From Blastocladiella emersonii ATCC 22665 (lineage: Eukaryota; Fungi; Blastocladiomycota): a DNA stretch of 64,000 nt. A program made the translations under genes and the position numbers. The notes under the pieces are model-generated. The model searched no databases. It was given only the letters and a program-made list of their open reading frames with translations, and was not told the DNA's origin. The stretch covers positions 1,488,001 through 1,552,000 of the forward strand of contig JANHCV010000001.1 in NCBI GenBank assembly GCA_025594325.1, in the 5' to 3' direction. Shown here one piece after another: positions 33,757-44,900 of this stretch (position 1 is its first letter; each line of letters opens with the position of its first letter).

Positions 33757-36084
33757 ATGCCGGCCGCGACCCACGACACCCTGGTCGACGTTGCCGTTCT
33801 CGGAGGCGGTCCCGTCGGCCTCTTCCTCGGCAACCTGGTGCACGAGTACCTCTCGACCGTGCCCTCCACGCTCGGCGGTCCCGATCCGGCGCGCCGCGTG
33901 CTAGTTGTCGAGCGCGCGGACGGCGCGTCGCCTAACTCCAAGGCGATCGCGGTGCACGCGCGCACGCTCGAGGTGATGGCGTCGCTCGGCCCCGAGTCGC
34001 GCGTCGCGCAGGACCTCGTCGACGGCGAGCTGCCGTACCCGGACCGCCGCGGCGACCTGTGCGCGGGGTCGCCCATCGAGGCCATGCAGTTCGGCGACTT
34101 CAAGCACTCGTCGCTCGGCGAGCTCAACCCGCCGACCGCCGACCGCATCCAGTCGCCGTACCCGTACATCATGATGCGGCCGCAGTTCGACACGGAGCGC
34201 CTACTGATCGACGAGATGAAGCGTCGCACCGCCAAGGACGGCGCCATCGACCTGCGCCTGCGCACCGAGGTCGTCGGGCTGCGCGCATCGACCAGGCACG
34301 CCGAGTACCCCGTCGAGATCACCCTGCGCGACCTCGCGTCGGGCACTTCGCGCGTCGTGTTCGCCAAGTACGCGGTCGGGTGCGACGGCGGGCGCAGCAC
34401 AGTGCGGCACCTGGCCGGGATCGCACTCGAGGGCCACACGCGCGAGGATATCTTCTGGATGGCCGACGTGCGCATCCGCACCAACGAGGGCGGCGACCGC
34501 GTCAGCCGCGACACGGCGTGGAACGCGGGCCGCGTGTTCAAGATCTCGTTCAGCCGGTTCGGGACCGTGTTCATGATGCCGCTGCAGGGCGACCACCTGC
34601 GCGACCCGATCCACCGCATCGTCATGCTCGGCGGCGACGAGCAGGTGGCCGCCATGGGCGAGCCGCTCGAGTCGTTCCTCGACACGGCGGGGCTGCCCGA
34701 GGGCGCCGCCGCCAGTTCGGCCAAGGCCGCCGACGGGTTCCTCGACAAGCACTCGGGCGGCGACTCGGGCACCAGCGGCTCCGGCCGTCGCACCGCCGCG
34801 GTCCCGACGCCCCCGCCGACGCTGGCCGGGTTCGAGCGCCTCTTCAACGCGCGCCTGCAGGTCCCGTGGTCCGAGGTGGTGTCGCCGGGCGAGCCCGTGA
34901 CGCTCGACGACCCGCACCGGACCGGGTACACGCTGCACGACGCGCAGTGGCTCACACGGTTCCGCGTCAACGAGCGCGTCGCCGCGGCGTACGGTGTCCC
35001 GGCGCCGGGCGCGACGGGCGACGAGGCCAGCCGGCTCCGCGTGTTCCTCGCGGGCGACGCGGCGCACGTCCATTCGCCAGCCGGCGGTATGGGCATGAAC
35101 CTCGGGCTGCAGGACGCGCAGAACCTGGCGTTCAAGCTCGCGGCGGCCGTGATTTCCGGGTCGACGGGTCGCGACACCGCGCTCGCCACGTACGGCGCCG
35201 AACGCCGGCCCATGGCGCAGGCTGTCGTCGCCAACACGAGCCGACTGACCGATCTGGGCGCGCGGTTCCCGCGCGTGCTCCGGTTCATTCTCGGCACCGT
35301 GCTCCCGTTCTTTGCGCGGTGGTTCCCGCGCGTGCTCGCGCCCGAGAAGACGGCGGCCAACGTCGGCCTCGCCACTGTGTACCCCGCCAAGCCGAGTGCT
35401 GTCGCTGGCGAGGCGACGTGGGTCGACGCCAAGGCCGCGTCGCGCGTCACGTCCAAGGGCGGCGTGGGTCTCCTTCACGCCGCTGGGCATCGCGGCCCTG
35501 CGCGCGGGCTCCTCCAGGCCATCACGACCGATTCCACCGGTAAGGCCTCGGCCGTCACCGCGGCGCCGCTCGACCTGATTGTCGCGAGCCGCATCACGCA
35601 CTCGGTGCTCCTTCTCGCGCCGCACGACCGCATGGACCAGGTCAAGTTCACCCTGCCCTCGGCGTGCGCCAACTGGTGCACCGTCCAGCTCATCTCGCTG
35701 CGCACCACGCCACCGGCCGTCCCGCACTGCCTGACGCAGCAGTCGCCGGTCCCGCTCATCGTGACGGGGTCCGACTGCCACCACGGCAAGCTCGGCGACG
35801 GCAAGGGCCGTTCGGTGCGCGACGCGATGCAGCTGCAGCGCACGGCGGTCCCGGCGGGCGTCGCGCGGTGGGAGGACGCGAACGGCGACGTCGCGCAGTA
35901 CCTGTTCGGCACCACGCACCACCACGACTTTGGCGTGTCCAAGGTCCACGGCGGCGCGGAAGCGGTGCGCGCGTGGGCCCTGGTCGTGCGGCCCGACGGG
36001 ATCATGGCGATGGCCGGGCTCGGGATCACGGGCGATGAGGTCGCTGAGTTTCTCGCCAAGTTTGTCCCTCTCGGAGTCGAGTAG
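33757..36084 (+). CDS. FAD-dependent aromatic monooxygenase (FAD_binding_3, PheA/TfdB-like)
   Basis: VAVLGGGPVGL (GxGxxG), HARTLEV, GCDGGRSTVR and VFLAGDAAHVHSPAGGMGMNLGLQDAQNLAFKLA. Intronless. Confidence 0.92.
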   Translation: MPAATHDTLVDVAVLGGGPVGLFLGNLVHEYLSTVPSTLGGPDPARRVLVVERADGASPNSKAIAVHARTLEVMASLGPESRVAQDLVDGELPYPDRRGDLCAGSPIEAMQFGDFKHSSLGELNPPTADRIQSPYPYIMMRPQFDTERLLIDEMKRRTAKDGAIDLRLRTEVVGLRASTRHAEYPVEITLRDLASGTSRVVFAKYAVGCDGGRSTVRHLAGIALEGHTREDIFWMADVRIRTNEGGDRVSRDTAWNAGRVFKISFSRFGTVFMMPLQGDHLRDPIHRIVMLGGDEQVAAMGEPLESFLDTAGLPEGAAASSAKAADGFLDKHSGGDSGTSGSGRRTAAVPTPPPTLAGFERLFNARLQVPWSEVVSPGEPVTLDDPHRTGYTLHDAQWLTRFRVNERVAAAYGVPAPGATGDEASRLRVFLAGDAAHVHSPAGGMGMNLGLQDAQNLAFKLAAAVISGSTGRDTALATYGAERRPMAQAVVANTSRLTDLGARFPRVLRFILGTVLPFFARWFPRVLAPEKTAANVGLATVYPAKPSAVAGEATWVDAKAASRVTSKGGVGLLHAAGHRGPARGLLQAITTDSTGKASAVTAAPLDLIVASRITHSVLLLAPHDRMDQVKFTLPSACANWCTVQLISLRTTPPAVPHCLTQQSPVPLIVTGSDCHHGKLGDGKGRSVRDAMQLQRTAVPAGVARWEDANGDVAQYLFGTTHHHDFGVSKVHGGAEAVRAWALVVRPDGIMAMAGLGITGDEVAEFLAKFVPLGVE

Positions 36085-36347
36085 GCCGTGGTCGATAGCG
36101 TTTTTGTAATAGTATGCGCTTATTATCTCACGGAATCTCGCACATTTGCCTTCCACTGCGAAAGAGCGAGCGAGAGACGCGTCGCGAAAACAGGTGACCG
36201 GTTGCCGCCTTGTGCCAGCTCCACGGCTTCGGCGCGTCGCCGCTGAGATCGGCACTCCCGTAAATCCGCCGCGCCTTCGCCGCACCTTGCAACGTAATCT
36301 CTCCCAACCATCTGCAACGAACCACGCATCGACCATCACCCGTCACC

Positions 36348-38441
36348 ATGCCGTCGCCGCTGTCGGCCTTCCGCGCCCCGCCGCGCGGGTACGCGCGCGT
36401 GGGCTGCGCCACCCTGCTGCTGGTCCTGTCGGCCGTCTACCATATTGCCGGCATCATGTTCCTCGTCAGCGTGCCAAGCAGCTTCATCGCCTACGGCCTG
36501 CTCGCCATCCTCGTCCCCTCGATCCTCCTGTCCTTTTACCTCTACCCGGGCTGGCACCGGACCCAGGGCCACGCCGCCAGGGACAAGGGCCACGCCGCCG
36601 CCGAGGAGGATGCCGGCGCCGCCCGCGGCCGGTCGTCGACGGACGCACCCGCACCGCAGCGCCGCAACGACGGTGTCCCGCGCGGGCTGCGCGTGTTCGG
36701 GCTCGACCCGGCCACGATCCAGTCGCGGCCGCGGTCCGCGTCCACGTCGTCGGCCGACCCGCTCAACGCGACATCGTCGCAGCCGCGGCGCCGGTCGCCC
36801 GGCTCGTCACCCATCAACGGGTCCGTCGAGTCGCTCGTGCGCGGCCTCGACGAGCTGCAGGTGCGCAGCGGGAGCGACGCCGACTTGGCGGCCCCCGGCT
36901 CGCCTACCTCCTTCCCGCGCGGCTCGCCGACGCCGGATACGGACGCGCGCAAGTCCCGCGTGTGCGTGCGGTGGATCGACTGCCGCAAGCTCGTGGTCGT
37001 GAACTTAGTTCTGCAGGTCGCGTGGCTGCTCGTGTGCGCGTACATCATCTTTGCGCCGCGCGTGCTGCTCGACCTCGAGCCTGTCCAGTTTGTGCGCGTC
37101 GGCGAGACCTCGCCCACCGCCGTCAACCTGCAGTTCCGCGTGCGCGCCGCGTCGCGCGTCGCCGTGCAGTACCGCGCCATCAACGGGTCGTCAGCGACTG
37201 CCGCGACCGCAGCGGCATGGACGACGCTTCCGCCCATCACCGTTGCTGCCGAGTCCGACTTCACGGCGACCGCGCGCATCACGGGGCTCGCGCCCGCGAC
37301 CGCGTACGAGTACTTTTTGATCGACGCCGACCGCGGCACGCGGTTCCCCGAGTCCGAGTTCCTGTCGGGCCGCATCAAGACGCCGCGCGCCGTGACGTCC
37401 ACGGCGGCGCTCGCGGCGGCCGAGGCGGCGGACTCGCAGACGCCGTACCTGTCGATCGCGTTCGGGTCGTGCATCAAGCCGAGCACGCCGCCGCTGCTGG
37501 AGCGCGGGATCCGCGGGTTCCGCGAGCTGCTGTCGCGGCCCGAGCTGCGCGCAGACCTGCTGCTGTTCCTCGGCGACTTTATCTACGCCGACGTGCCGTT
37601 CCGGTACGGGACCACCATCGACCACTACCGGTGGCACTACAAGTACGCGTTCAGCGTGCCCGAGACCCGCGCGCTGCTGTCCTCGGTCCCGACGTATTTC
37701 GTGTACGACGACCACGAGATCCTCAACAACTGGGACCGCGGCGAGTCCACGGCGCCGTTCCCCGCGGCGAGCCAGGCGTACGCCGAGTACGTCGGGCGCG
37801 CCAACCCCGTGTCGGCCGCGGGCGCCGACCGCGCCTACTACAACTTCACCACGGCGCCCGTGTGCTACTTTGTCGTGGACCTGCGCCGGTACCGCACGCC
37901 GCCGGCGCAGCCCGACTCGGTGCTGCTGGGCGCCGAGCAGACGGCCGCGCTACACGCGTGGCTCGAGGACTCGGTCGACCCCGCACGCGGGTGCCAGTGG
38001 CGCGTGCTCGCCAGCAGCGTGCCCATGACGACCAACTGGCACATAGACGCCGATACATGGGTCGGTTACCGCGCCGAGCGCGACGCGCTGCTCAACTGGA
38101 TCCACGACCGCGCCATCCCGAACGTGGTCGTCGTCTCGGGCGACAGGCACACGGTGGGCGTGCAGAAGTTGCGCCCGCACGCCGAGGTCGTCGAGTTCTC
38201 GTCCTCACCGATCAGCCAGTTCTACCCGCCACTCAACTTCTACGACCCGAACGGCGGCGACGAGGCGCTCTTCGACGCGTCCGTCGGCAACGTCAAGATC
38301 GGCATGCTCGACGTGTTCTGGGACCGCCTCGTGTTCCGCCAGTTCATCAACGACCGCATCGTCTTCAACTACACGGTCGAGGCCGCGCCGCAGACGCGCA
38401 AGGCGGCGGTGCTCGCTGCTACTGCCGCCGCGAAACCATGA
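36348..38441 (+). CDS. PhoD-like alkaline phosphatase with N-terminal TM segments
   Basis: IAFGSC, LFLGDFIYAD, YDDHEILNNW, DLRRYR, SGDRH and EFSSSP. FN3-like TGLAPATAYEY and three hydrophobic helices lie upstream. Confidence 0.9.
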   Translation: MPSPLSAFRAPPRGYARVGCATLLLVLSAVYHIAGIMFLVSVPSSFIAYGLLAILVPSILLSFYLYPGWHRTQGHAARDKGHAAAEEDAGAARGRSSTDAPAPQRRNDGVPRGLRVFGLDPATIQSRPRSASTSSADPLNATSSQPRRRSPGSSPINGSVESLVRGLDELQVRSGSDADLAAPGSPTSFPRGSPTPDTDARKSRVCVRWIDCRKLVVVNLVLQVAWLLVCAYIIFAPRVLLDLEPVQFVRVGETSPTAVNLQFRVRAASRVAVQYRAINGSSATAATAAAWTTLPPITVAAESDFTATARITGLAPATAYEYFLIDADRGTRFPESEFLSGRIKTPRAVTSTAALAAAEAADSQTPYLSIAFGSCIKPSTPPLLERGIRGFRELLSRPELRADLLLFLGDFIYADVPFRYGTTIDHYRWHYKYAFSVPETRALLSSVPTYFVYDDHEILNNWDRGESTAPFPAASQAYAEYVGRANPVSAAGADRAYYNFTTAPVCYFVVDLRRYRTPPAQPDSVLLGAEQTAALHAWLEDSVDPARGCQWRVLASSVPMTTNWHIDADTWVGYRAERDALLNWIHDRAIPNVVVVSGDRHTVGVQKLRPHAEVVEFSSSPISQFYPPLNFYDPNGGDEALFDASVGNVKIGMLDVFWDRLVFRQFINDRIVFNYTVEAAPQTRKAAVLAATAAAKP

Positions 38442-38615
38442 TTCCCTGTCGTGAGAGTAATACACCGTTGCGAGCTCGCTTTTGGACAAATAAGATTAAT
38501 TAACAGTTACGTAATAGAGCAATCGATAAGGTACAAATCCGAGGCGCCGTTCGTTGGGCCCTCGGAGCAAAAATGGACATGGCGTCGCAACACGCACGCG
38601 CGAGCGAAAGCACGC

Positions 38616-38889
38616 TTAGTGCTGGGTCTTCTTGGGGAGAAGACCGAAGCGCTTCTTGATGGTGACACGGTGGCGCGAGTACTTGTCGTCGGGCGAGAAG
38701 CGGGCGGGGTGGGCCGACTTGGTCATCTCACCGGACTCGGTCGACTTCTACGGAAGCAAAACGAGCGCGCACGGGACGACAGGGTCAGCCGTCTGGCCTC
38801 CACACGGACGTGGCGTGTGCGCGGCGATGGCGCACCTTGAGGGTGTAGACGCGCTTGCCCTCGGCGTTCAGAGAGTACATGAGATGCAT
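38616..38889 (-). CDS. NOP10: H/ACA snoRNP subunit Nop10
   Basis: [18 protein letters not shown]|[43 protein letters not shown]. Confidence 0.97.
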
Positions 38890-39148
38890 GGTGGATGAGG
38901 CGGTGAGGGGGTTGCTGCGTGTGGATTTGCGTTACGACGTCGTCCTGAGGCCCGATTCCGTGAGGTCAATGGATTGCGGACGAATGCGCGGCGGGCGTGG
39001 CGGCGAGCGCGGAGCGAGGAGAGTGAAGTGCGTTTCGACTCGGCTGGGGTCACGTGGCCAGTCGCTACCCGGATTTTTGAACAGTGTGCAAGTGATTTCG
39101 AGTTTATTGGGCCACAGCGCCGGTGGAGAGGTTACAGAGAGGGAGAAT

Positions 39149-40224
39149 TTAGGGGTGCTTGGCGGTGTAGTCCTCGACAAACTAGGTGCGGGAGCGCGGG
39201 AGGGTCAGCGGGCAGTCGCGACGCGCAGCGGGTGGGCGGCTGAAGGACGCGTACCTCGTCAATGAGTGATGGCCACGCGCCGTACGGGTCGTAGTCGCTC
39301 ATGGACTTGAGCTCGGTGAAGTCGAGCAGCACGTTCCACGTGTCCTTGGGGATCGAGCGCTTGCAGTTGGCCTGTTCGATGGGCGCGCGTGGGGGCGGTG
39401 GGTTAGCCATCGCAGCAAGGATCACGACCCCCGAAACAGGCGCGTAGCGAACCTTGACGAACTTGATCCAGTCGGCCGTGAGCTTCCAGCGGTCGGCGAG
39501 GAGGAGCTCCCACAGGGCGACGGCGGTCTCGAGGGCGAGCCCCTTCTGGCCCTCCTCGCGGCTGAAGGTGAACGTGTACTCGTACACGTTCTTGAAGAAG
39601 GCGGGGTCGTTGGCGAAATCGGAGCGCAGCTTGGCGACGGCGGCCTTCATCTTGTCGAGCGAGTCGGCGCCGAGCTTGGACCAGCCCGCGGTCCACCCGG
39701 CGCGCGTGAACTCGCACATGTGCGGGCACTGCAGCATGTACGCGACCGACAGCATGACCACGTCCGACGGGTCGACGCCCAGGTCCTCGCACAGCTGCTC
39801 GGTGCCCTCGACGCCGATGATGCCGTCGTCGGCGTCCTTGTACTTCTCGAACAGGTCGTCGAGCGCCTTGAGGTTCACGCGGCTCGCCGCGGCCTGCGCG
39901 CTCGCACCCGACATGAAGTAGGCATCGGCCGCGAGCTCGATGTTGCCGCCGTGCTTGGCGAGCAGGTTCTTGGCCACCGGCTCGCTAGAGGTGGCGGCAG
40001 GCGGGCGGACGGGTCAGATCTAAGGCGTGGCAAGGCGGACGGCGAGAAGATCGCGTACGTGACGCCAATGGCGTTGCACAGGGCCTGGATCGAGGAGCGC
40101 GGGATGGTGCCCGAGGAAGTGCGTCCAAACTAGTCGACGAGGAGGGCGGGGAGCGAGATCGATCAGCACTCGTGTCCAGCGGTGCGGCGTTACATGGCAG
40201 CGGGGGAGGGTGTCTGCGGACCAT
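39149..40224 (-). CDS. DCN1: Dcn1 NEDD8 E3 (UBA-like + PONY), multi-exon
   Basis: ATG|intron; [57 protein letters not shown] and AWPSLIDE|FVE. Confidence 0.93.
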
Positions 40225-40521
40225 TGCAGCAGGTCAGTCGCAGGAGACGGGTAGGCTCGTGGCAGAGAGGCCGAGTCGAGGGCTGATGGGGAAGAGCGAG
40301 GAAAGAAGCATCGCGCGAGCGGCGGGTGGTCGACGCGGTCGCCAGGTCGGGTCCCGTGGCCGAGCGCCTCGCGCTGTGCCGTGTCCACGGACCCTCGAAG
40401 GCGCGCTGCCCCTCCTCAGCGCTGTGAACCGACCAGTAAACCCCACTCGGGCACTCCATGCAATCGCCATAGCACCGTGAATCTGCAACCGAAGCGCCCC
40501 GCGAGCGCCACCACCACCACC

Positions 40522-41595
40522 ATGTCAATCCAACCGCCACCACCAGCGGGAGCCGCTGCCAGCGCGACCACGACGTCCGCGTCCATCCACACGTTCCTGC
40601 AGCGCCACACGGCGTACGACATACTGCCGCTGTCGCTCAAGGTCGTGGTCATCGACTCGCTCCTGCCGCTGCGCAAGGCCGTGGCCGCGCTCGTGCTCAA
40701 CGGGCTGGTCGCGGCGCCGCTGTGGCAGTCGGAGACGCAGTCCTTCTACGGCCTGCTGACCGTGACCGACATCCTGCGGCTGATCCTGCACTACTCGGAG
40801 GCCGAGCTGCGCGACGCGGACGTGGGCGACCTGGTCGACGAGATCGACTCCATGACGGTCGAGTCGCTGCGCGCGTTCCGCACCGACGCTGACGCTGGCG
40901 CCGACGCGGCGGTGCCCGCGCCCGCGTTCCGCGTGCACCCGATGCACTCGGTGCTCGAGGCGAGCCAGACCATGCTGCAGTACCACCTGCACCATGTGCC
41001 GCTCATCGACGCCGACTCGCTGACGCGCCAGGAGACGATCGTGTCGGTGCTCACCGGGTTCAAGATCCTCAAGTTCCTCGCGTGCAACTGCCCCATGACC
41101 CGCACCCTCACCGGCACCATTAGTGAGCTCGGCATCGGCACCTTCTGGAAGGTCCAGACCGTCTCGCCCGCCGCCACCGCGCTCGACGCCATCCGCCTGC
41201 TCGTCGACGAGAACGTCTCGGCCCTCCCCGTCGTGGACAGCGCTGGCCGCCTCCTCGACGTGTTCACCGAGACGGACGTTCTGGTGCGTTTCCGTCGCTG
41301 TTCCTTCTCTTCGCCGATTGAGGCTCACGATCGCCCGCGTCGAGTGTAGCTCACGGTGCGCGACTTCCCCGCCGTGTCCATGTGGATCACGGTCGGCGAG
41401 GCCATGGCGCGGCGCCCGCCAGACTTTGAGCCCGTCCACACGTGCCTGCGCACCGACTCGGTCAGCTCGCTGTTCGCCGCCATCCAGAAGGGCAAGATCT
41501 CGCGCTTCGTCGTCGTCGACCAGGACAACCGCGTCGAGGGCGTCGTGAGCTTGGGCGACCTGCTCGGCTTCGTCATCAACAAGGCCAACGTGTAG
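40522..41595 (+). CDS. SNF4: AMPK/Snf1 gamma subunit (4 CBS domains)
   Basis: HTAYDILPLSLKVVVID...APLWQSETQSFYGLLTVTD, VSVLTGFKILKFL, VSALPVVD and VEGVVSLGDLLGF. One intron. Confidence 0.88.
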
Positions 41596-41987
41596 CGTAG
41601 CGCATCCCTGAGTGTACCTTAGCAATGCATAAGTCTGTATCATCGTCAAGAGTAGGCAGGGCACCGAGGGCAGGGTCCCCCGACGCGTTGAGTTTTCGCG
41701 GCTGCCTCCACCTCGGCGTCTGAGACCCGCGCGGGCCACGCTTTCCCCTCCCTCCTCCCACACAAATTCGGCTTCCCATGTATCTCGCCTAAAGCATCGG
41801 CTCCGCGCCCGGGTCTCCCTGCAACGAACTTTGGCCTGCATCCACCTGCCTTCGGCCCCGCACACGGGCGCCGCTGCACGCCCGCCCATCGCGCGCGCGT
41901 CGCCGGCCTCACCACGCACTCGCACACTCCACGTCGTCCCTCTTCGCGTCCGCGCCACGCCGCTGCGGCCCGGACCCGAGCGGCACC

Positions 41988-44900
41988 ATGTCCCTTGGCT
42001 CGTCCTCATCGTCGTCCAAGGAGTCGCGCTCCGCGCACGGTCTCATCAGCTTCGAGGAGGGCAGCAAGCCGCGCCAGACGGTCATCTCGCGCTTCTTCAA
42101 GCGCGTCCGCTTCTCCTTTTCCGGCGGCAACAGCAGCAGCAACAACAGCAGCGGCAGTGGCAGTAGCAATGGCGGCAGCGGCAGTAGCGGCTCTGGCCCC
42201 GCCTCGCCTTCGGGCAGCAGCAGCGCCGGCGGGCCCGGCGGCTCGCGCTCCCCGACCGCGACGCCCGCCGAGCTCAAGCGCGGCCGCAACAACTCGGTCC
42301 CGACGTACGGCGGGTCCAGCTACGGATCGCCGCCGTCCGCGTTCCAGCTCTCGTCGCTGCCCTCGCTGCCCGGATCCGAGTCCGGCCGGTCCAGCCAGCC
42401 GGCGACTTCGCCACGACCAGCATCGACGACGCACCTCACGGACCCTGGTGTCTCGCCGCGCCTCGCTTCCCCGAAACTCGAGCGCGAGCGCCTCGACTCG
42501 GTCGCGGGATCGCCCGGCAACGAGGAACCGGGCGGGTACCCGGCGCCCGGCGCGAGCGAGGAGCGGTTCTCGCCGTGGCCGACGCAAGAGTACGCGTACC
42601 TCGTCTCCAACTTGCCCATCAGAGTCTGACTCCCGTGTTGCTAGTGACGGCCCACCACACGAGTTCATGCGCGACACGTCGACGCAGGCGTCCGAGCACG
42701 GCGAGGTGTCGCCGTACATCCCGGGCGCGCGGCTCGCCACGCTCGGCAACGCCGACTCGGAGGCCCCCGACGACCAGCTCGCGTCGGGCTTCCACCGCAT
42801 CATCCGCAAGCTGCGCCGCGGCGACGAAAAGGCGCCCGTGTCGCGCCGCGACTACTGGATGAAGGACGAGGCGTGCAAGGAGTGCTACGACTGCAAGACG
42901 CCCTTCTCCACGTTCCGACGGAAGCACCACTGTCGTATCTGGTACGGTTTGTCCCGCGATTGCTTAGACGTGGCGCCGGCTAACGGCTCTCATTCGTAGC
43001 GGCCAGATCTTCTGCTACCGGTGCGCCTCCAACACCATCCCGGGCGAGTCGCTCGGGTTCGTCGGCTTCATCCGCGTCTGCGATTACTGCCTCAACGTGA
43101 TGCGGTCCTACTCGGAGAACCAGGAGTCGCCCCCGTCGTCACCACGCCCGCCCTCCACGCTGCTCCTCGCGGCGCGCGTGCGACCGCGCTCCATCTACGT
43201 CGAGCACAACGAGTCGGCCCCGTTCCGCGGCACCGAGGACGTCAACGACGAGGACAGCGACGACGACTCGGACTACGAGGAGGAGAACTACAACACGCTC
43301 ACGCCGCAGCTCCTCCTGCAGTCGCAGATCTCGCGGCCCTCGACGCCCGTCAAGGACGAGGACCGCCGCCGCACCTTCTTCCACCGGCGCCGGTCGCTGC
43401 CGACCCGCACGTCCGTCGTCCTCACCGAGTTCTGGCTCGAGCCCGACACGTCGCGGCCGCTGCTCGACCCGACGAGCATGGCGCACCTCAAGCGGCTCAT
43501 CCAGCAGCTCACGGCGCGCCGCGGGCTCAGCACCGCGTGGGAGCAGGTCATGTACGACATGGCGGCCGAGGTGTGCCAGAAGGTGAGCTGCACCGCGCAG
43601 GACATGGACGTGCGCCACTTCATCAAGTTCAAGAAGGTGCCCGGCGCGAAACCCGCCGACACCTTCTTCCTGAGCGGCGCGGCGACCAAGAAGACGCTCG
43701 CGCACCGCAAGATGCGGCAGACGATGCAGAACCCGCGCATCCTGATCCTCACGTTCCCGCTCGAGTACAACCGCGTGCAGGACCAGTTCATCAGCATCAA
43801 CCCCGTCATCTCGCAGGAGCAGGAGCACCTGCTCAACCTGTGCAACCGCCTCCTCGCCCTCGAGCCGCACGTCATTCTCGTCGAGAAGACGGTCGCCCGC
43901 ATCGCCCTCGAGTACCTGTACCAGATGGGCGTCTCGGTCGCGTACAACATCAAGCTCGGCGTGCTCGAGAACATCAGCCGGTTCACGGGCGCCGACATCA
44001 TCACGTCCATCGACAAACTCGCCCTCAGCCCCGCCGTCGGGACGTGCGGCACGTTCCAGATGCAGATGTTCGCGCACGGCCGCCACGTCACGCCGCTCAT
44101 GGTCTTTGACGGGTGCCCGCCCGACCTCGGCGGGTGCATCATCCTGCGCGGCGAGGATACGGCCACGCTGCGCGTCGTCAAGCAGATCATGAGCTTCGTC
44201 CTGTTCGCTATGGTCTCGCTCCACCGCGAGTCGTCGCTGTACCAGACGCTCCACAGCCGCGTCGCGCTGCCGTCCGCGGCGTCGGCGCCGCTCCCGCCCG
44301 CCTTTGACGACGACCTGCTCAACAAGCTCCTCACGCCGTACCAGGCGCTGCTCTCGACGTCGCCCGGCGTCATATTCCCCCCGCCGTACCTCATCGAGCG
44401 GTACCGCAAGGAGGTCATGAACCGCAAGCAGCGCTCCTACAACCTGTCGCGGCTCGTCTCCGCGTCGCCCGCCCCCGCGCCCGGGCAGCAGTCGCTCACG
44501 GGCAGCGGCAACTCGAGCCACGCGCACCACCACCACCGCGAGTCGACCACGTCGGGCATCGACCGCGTATCGCGCGACGCGCTCAACTACATTCTCGAGT
44601 CGGAGCAGGCCGTGTCCCCGATCGCGCACCAGTCCATCATCTTCCTGTCGTGCACCATCACCGACTCGGCCAAGTGCGCGGTGCCGCACCTCCAGTACAT
44701 TGAGTACTACGGCAACGACGACATGACGCTGGCCGCGTTCGTCGAGCACGTCGTCGAGACTGCCGCCATCCAGTGCTCGCAGTGCCAGCAGTCGGCGCTC
44801 CGCCACCGCCGCATCTACTACCACGGGTCCAAATCGGTCACCATCACCGTCACCGAGGACGCCGGCGCCCTGCCCGTCACGGTGCTCCCGCCGCCTGCCG

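Noticed and set aside
5266-36084. Secondary-metabolite cluster (P450 plus FAD monooxygenase)
   Set aside because: The genes are about 27 kb apart, separated by housekeeping genes, with no PKS, NRPS or terpene backbone gene.
4115-38889. Functional cluster of RNP genes (U6, DIB1, LSM2, UTP17, NOP10)
   Set aside because: They are spread over 35 kb among unrelated genes, which is compatible with chance in a gene-dense genome.
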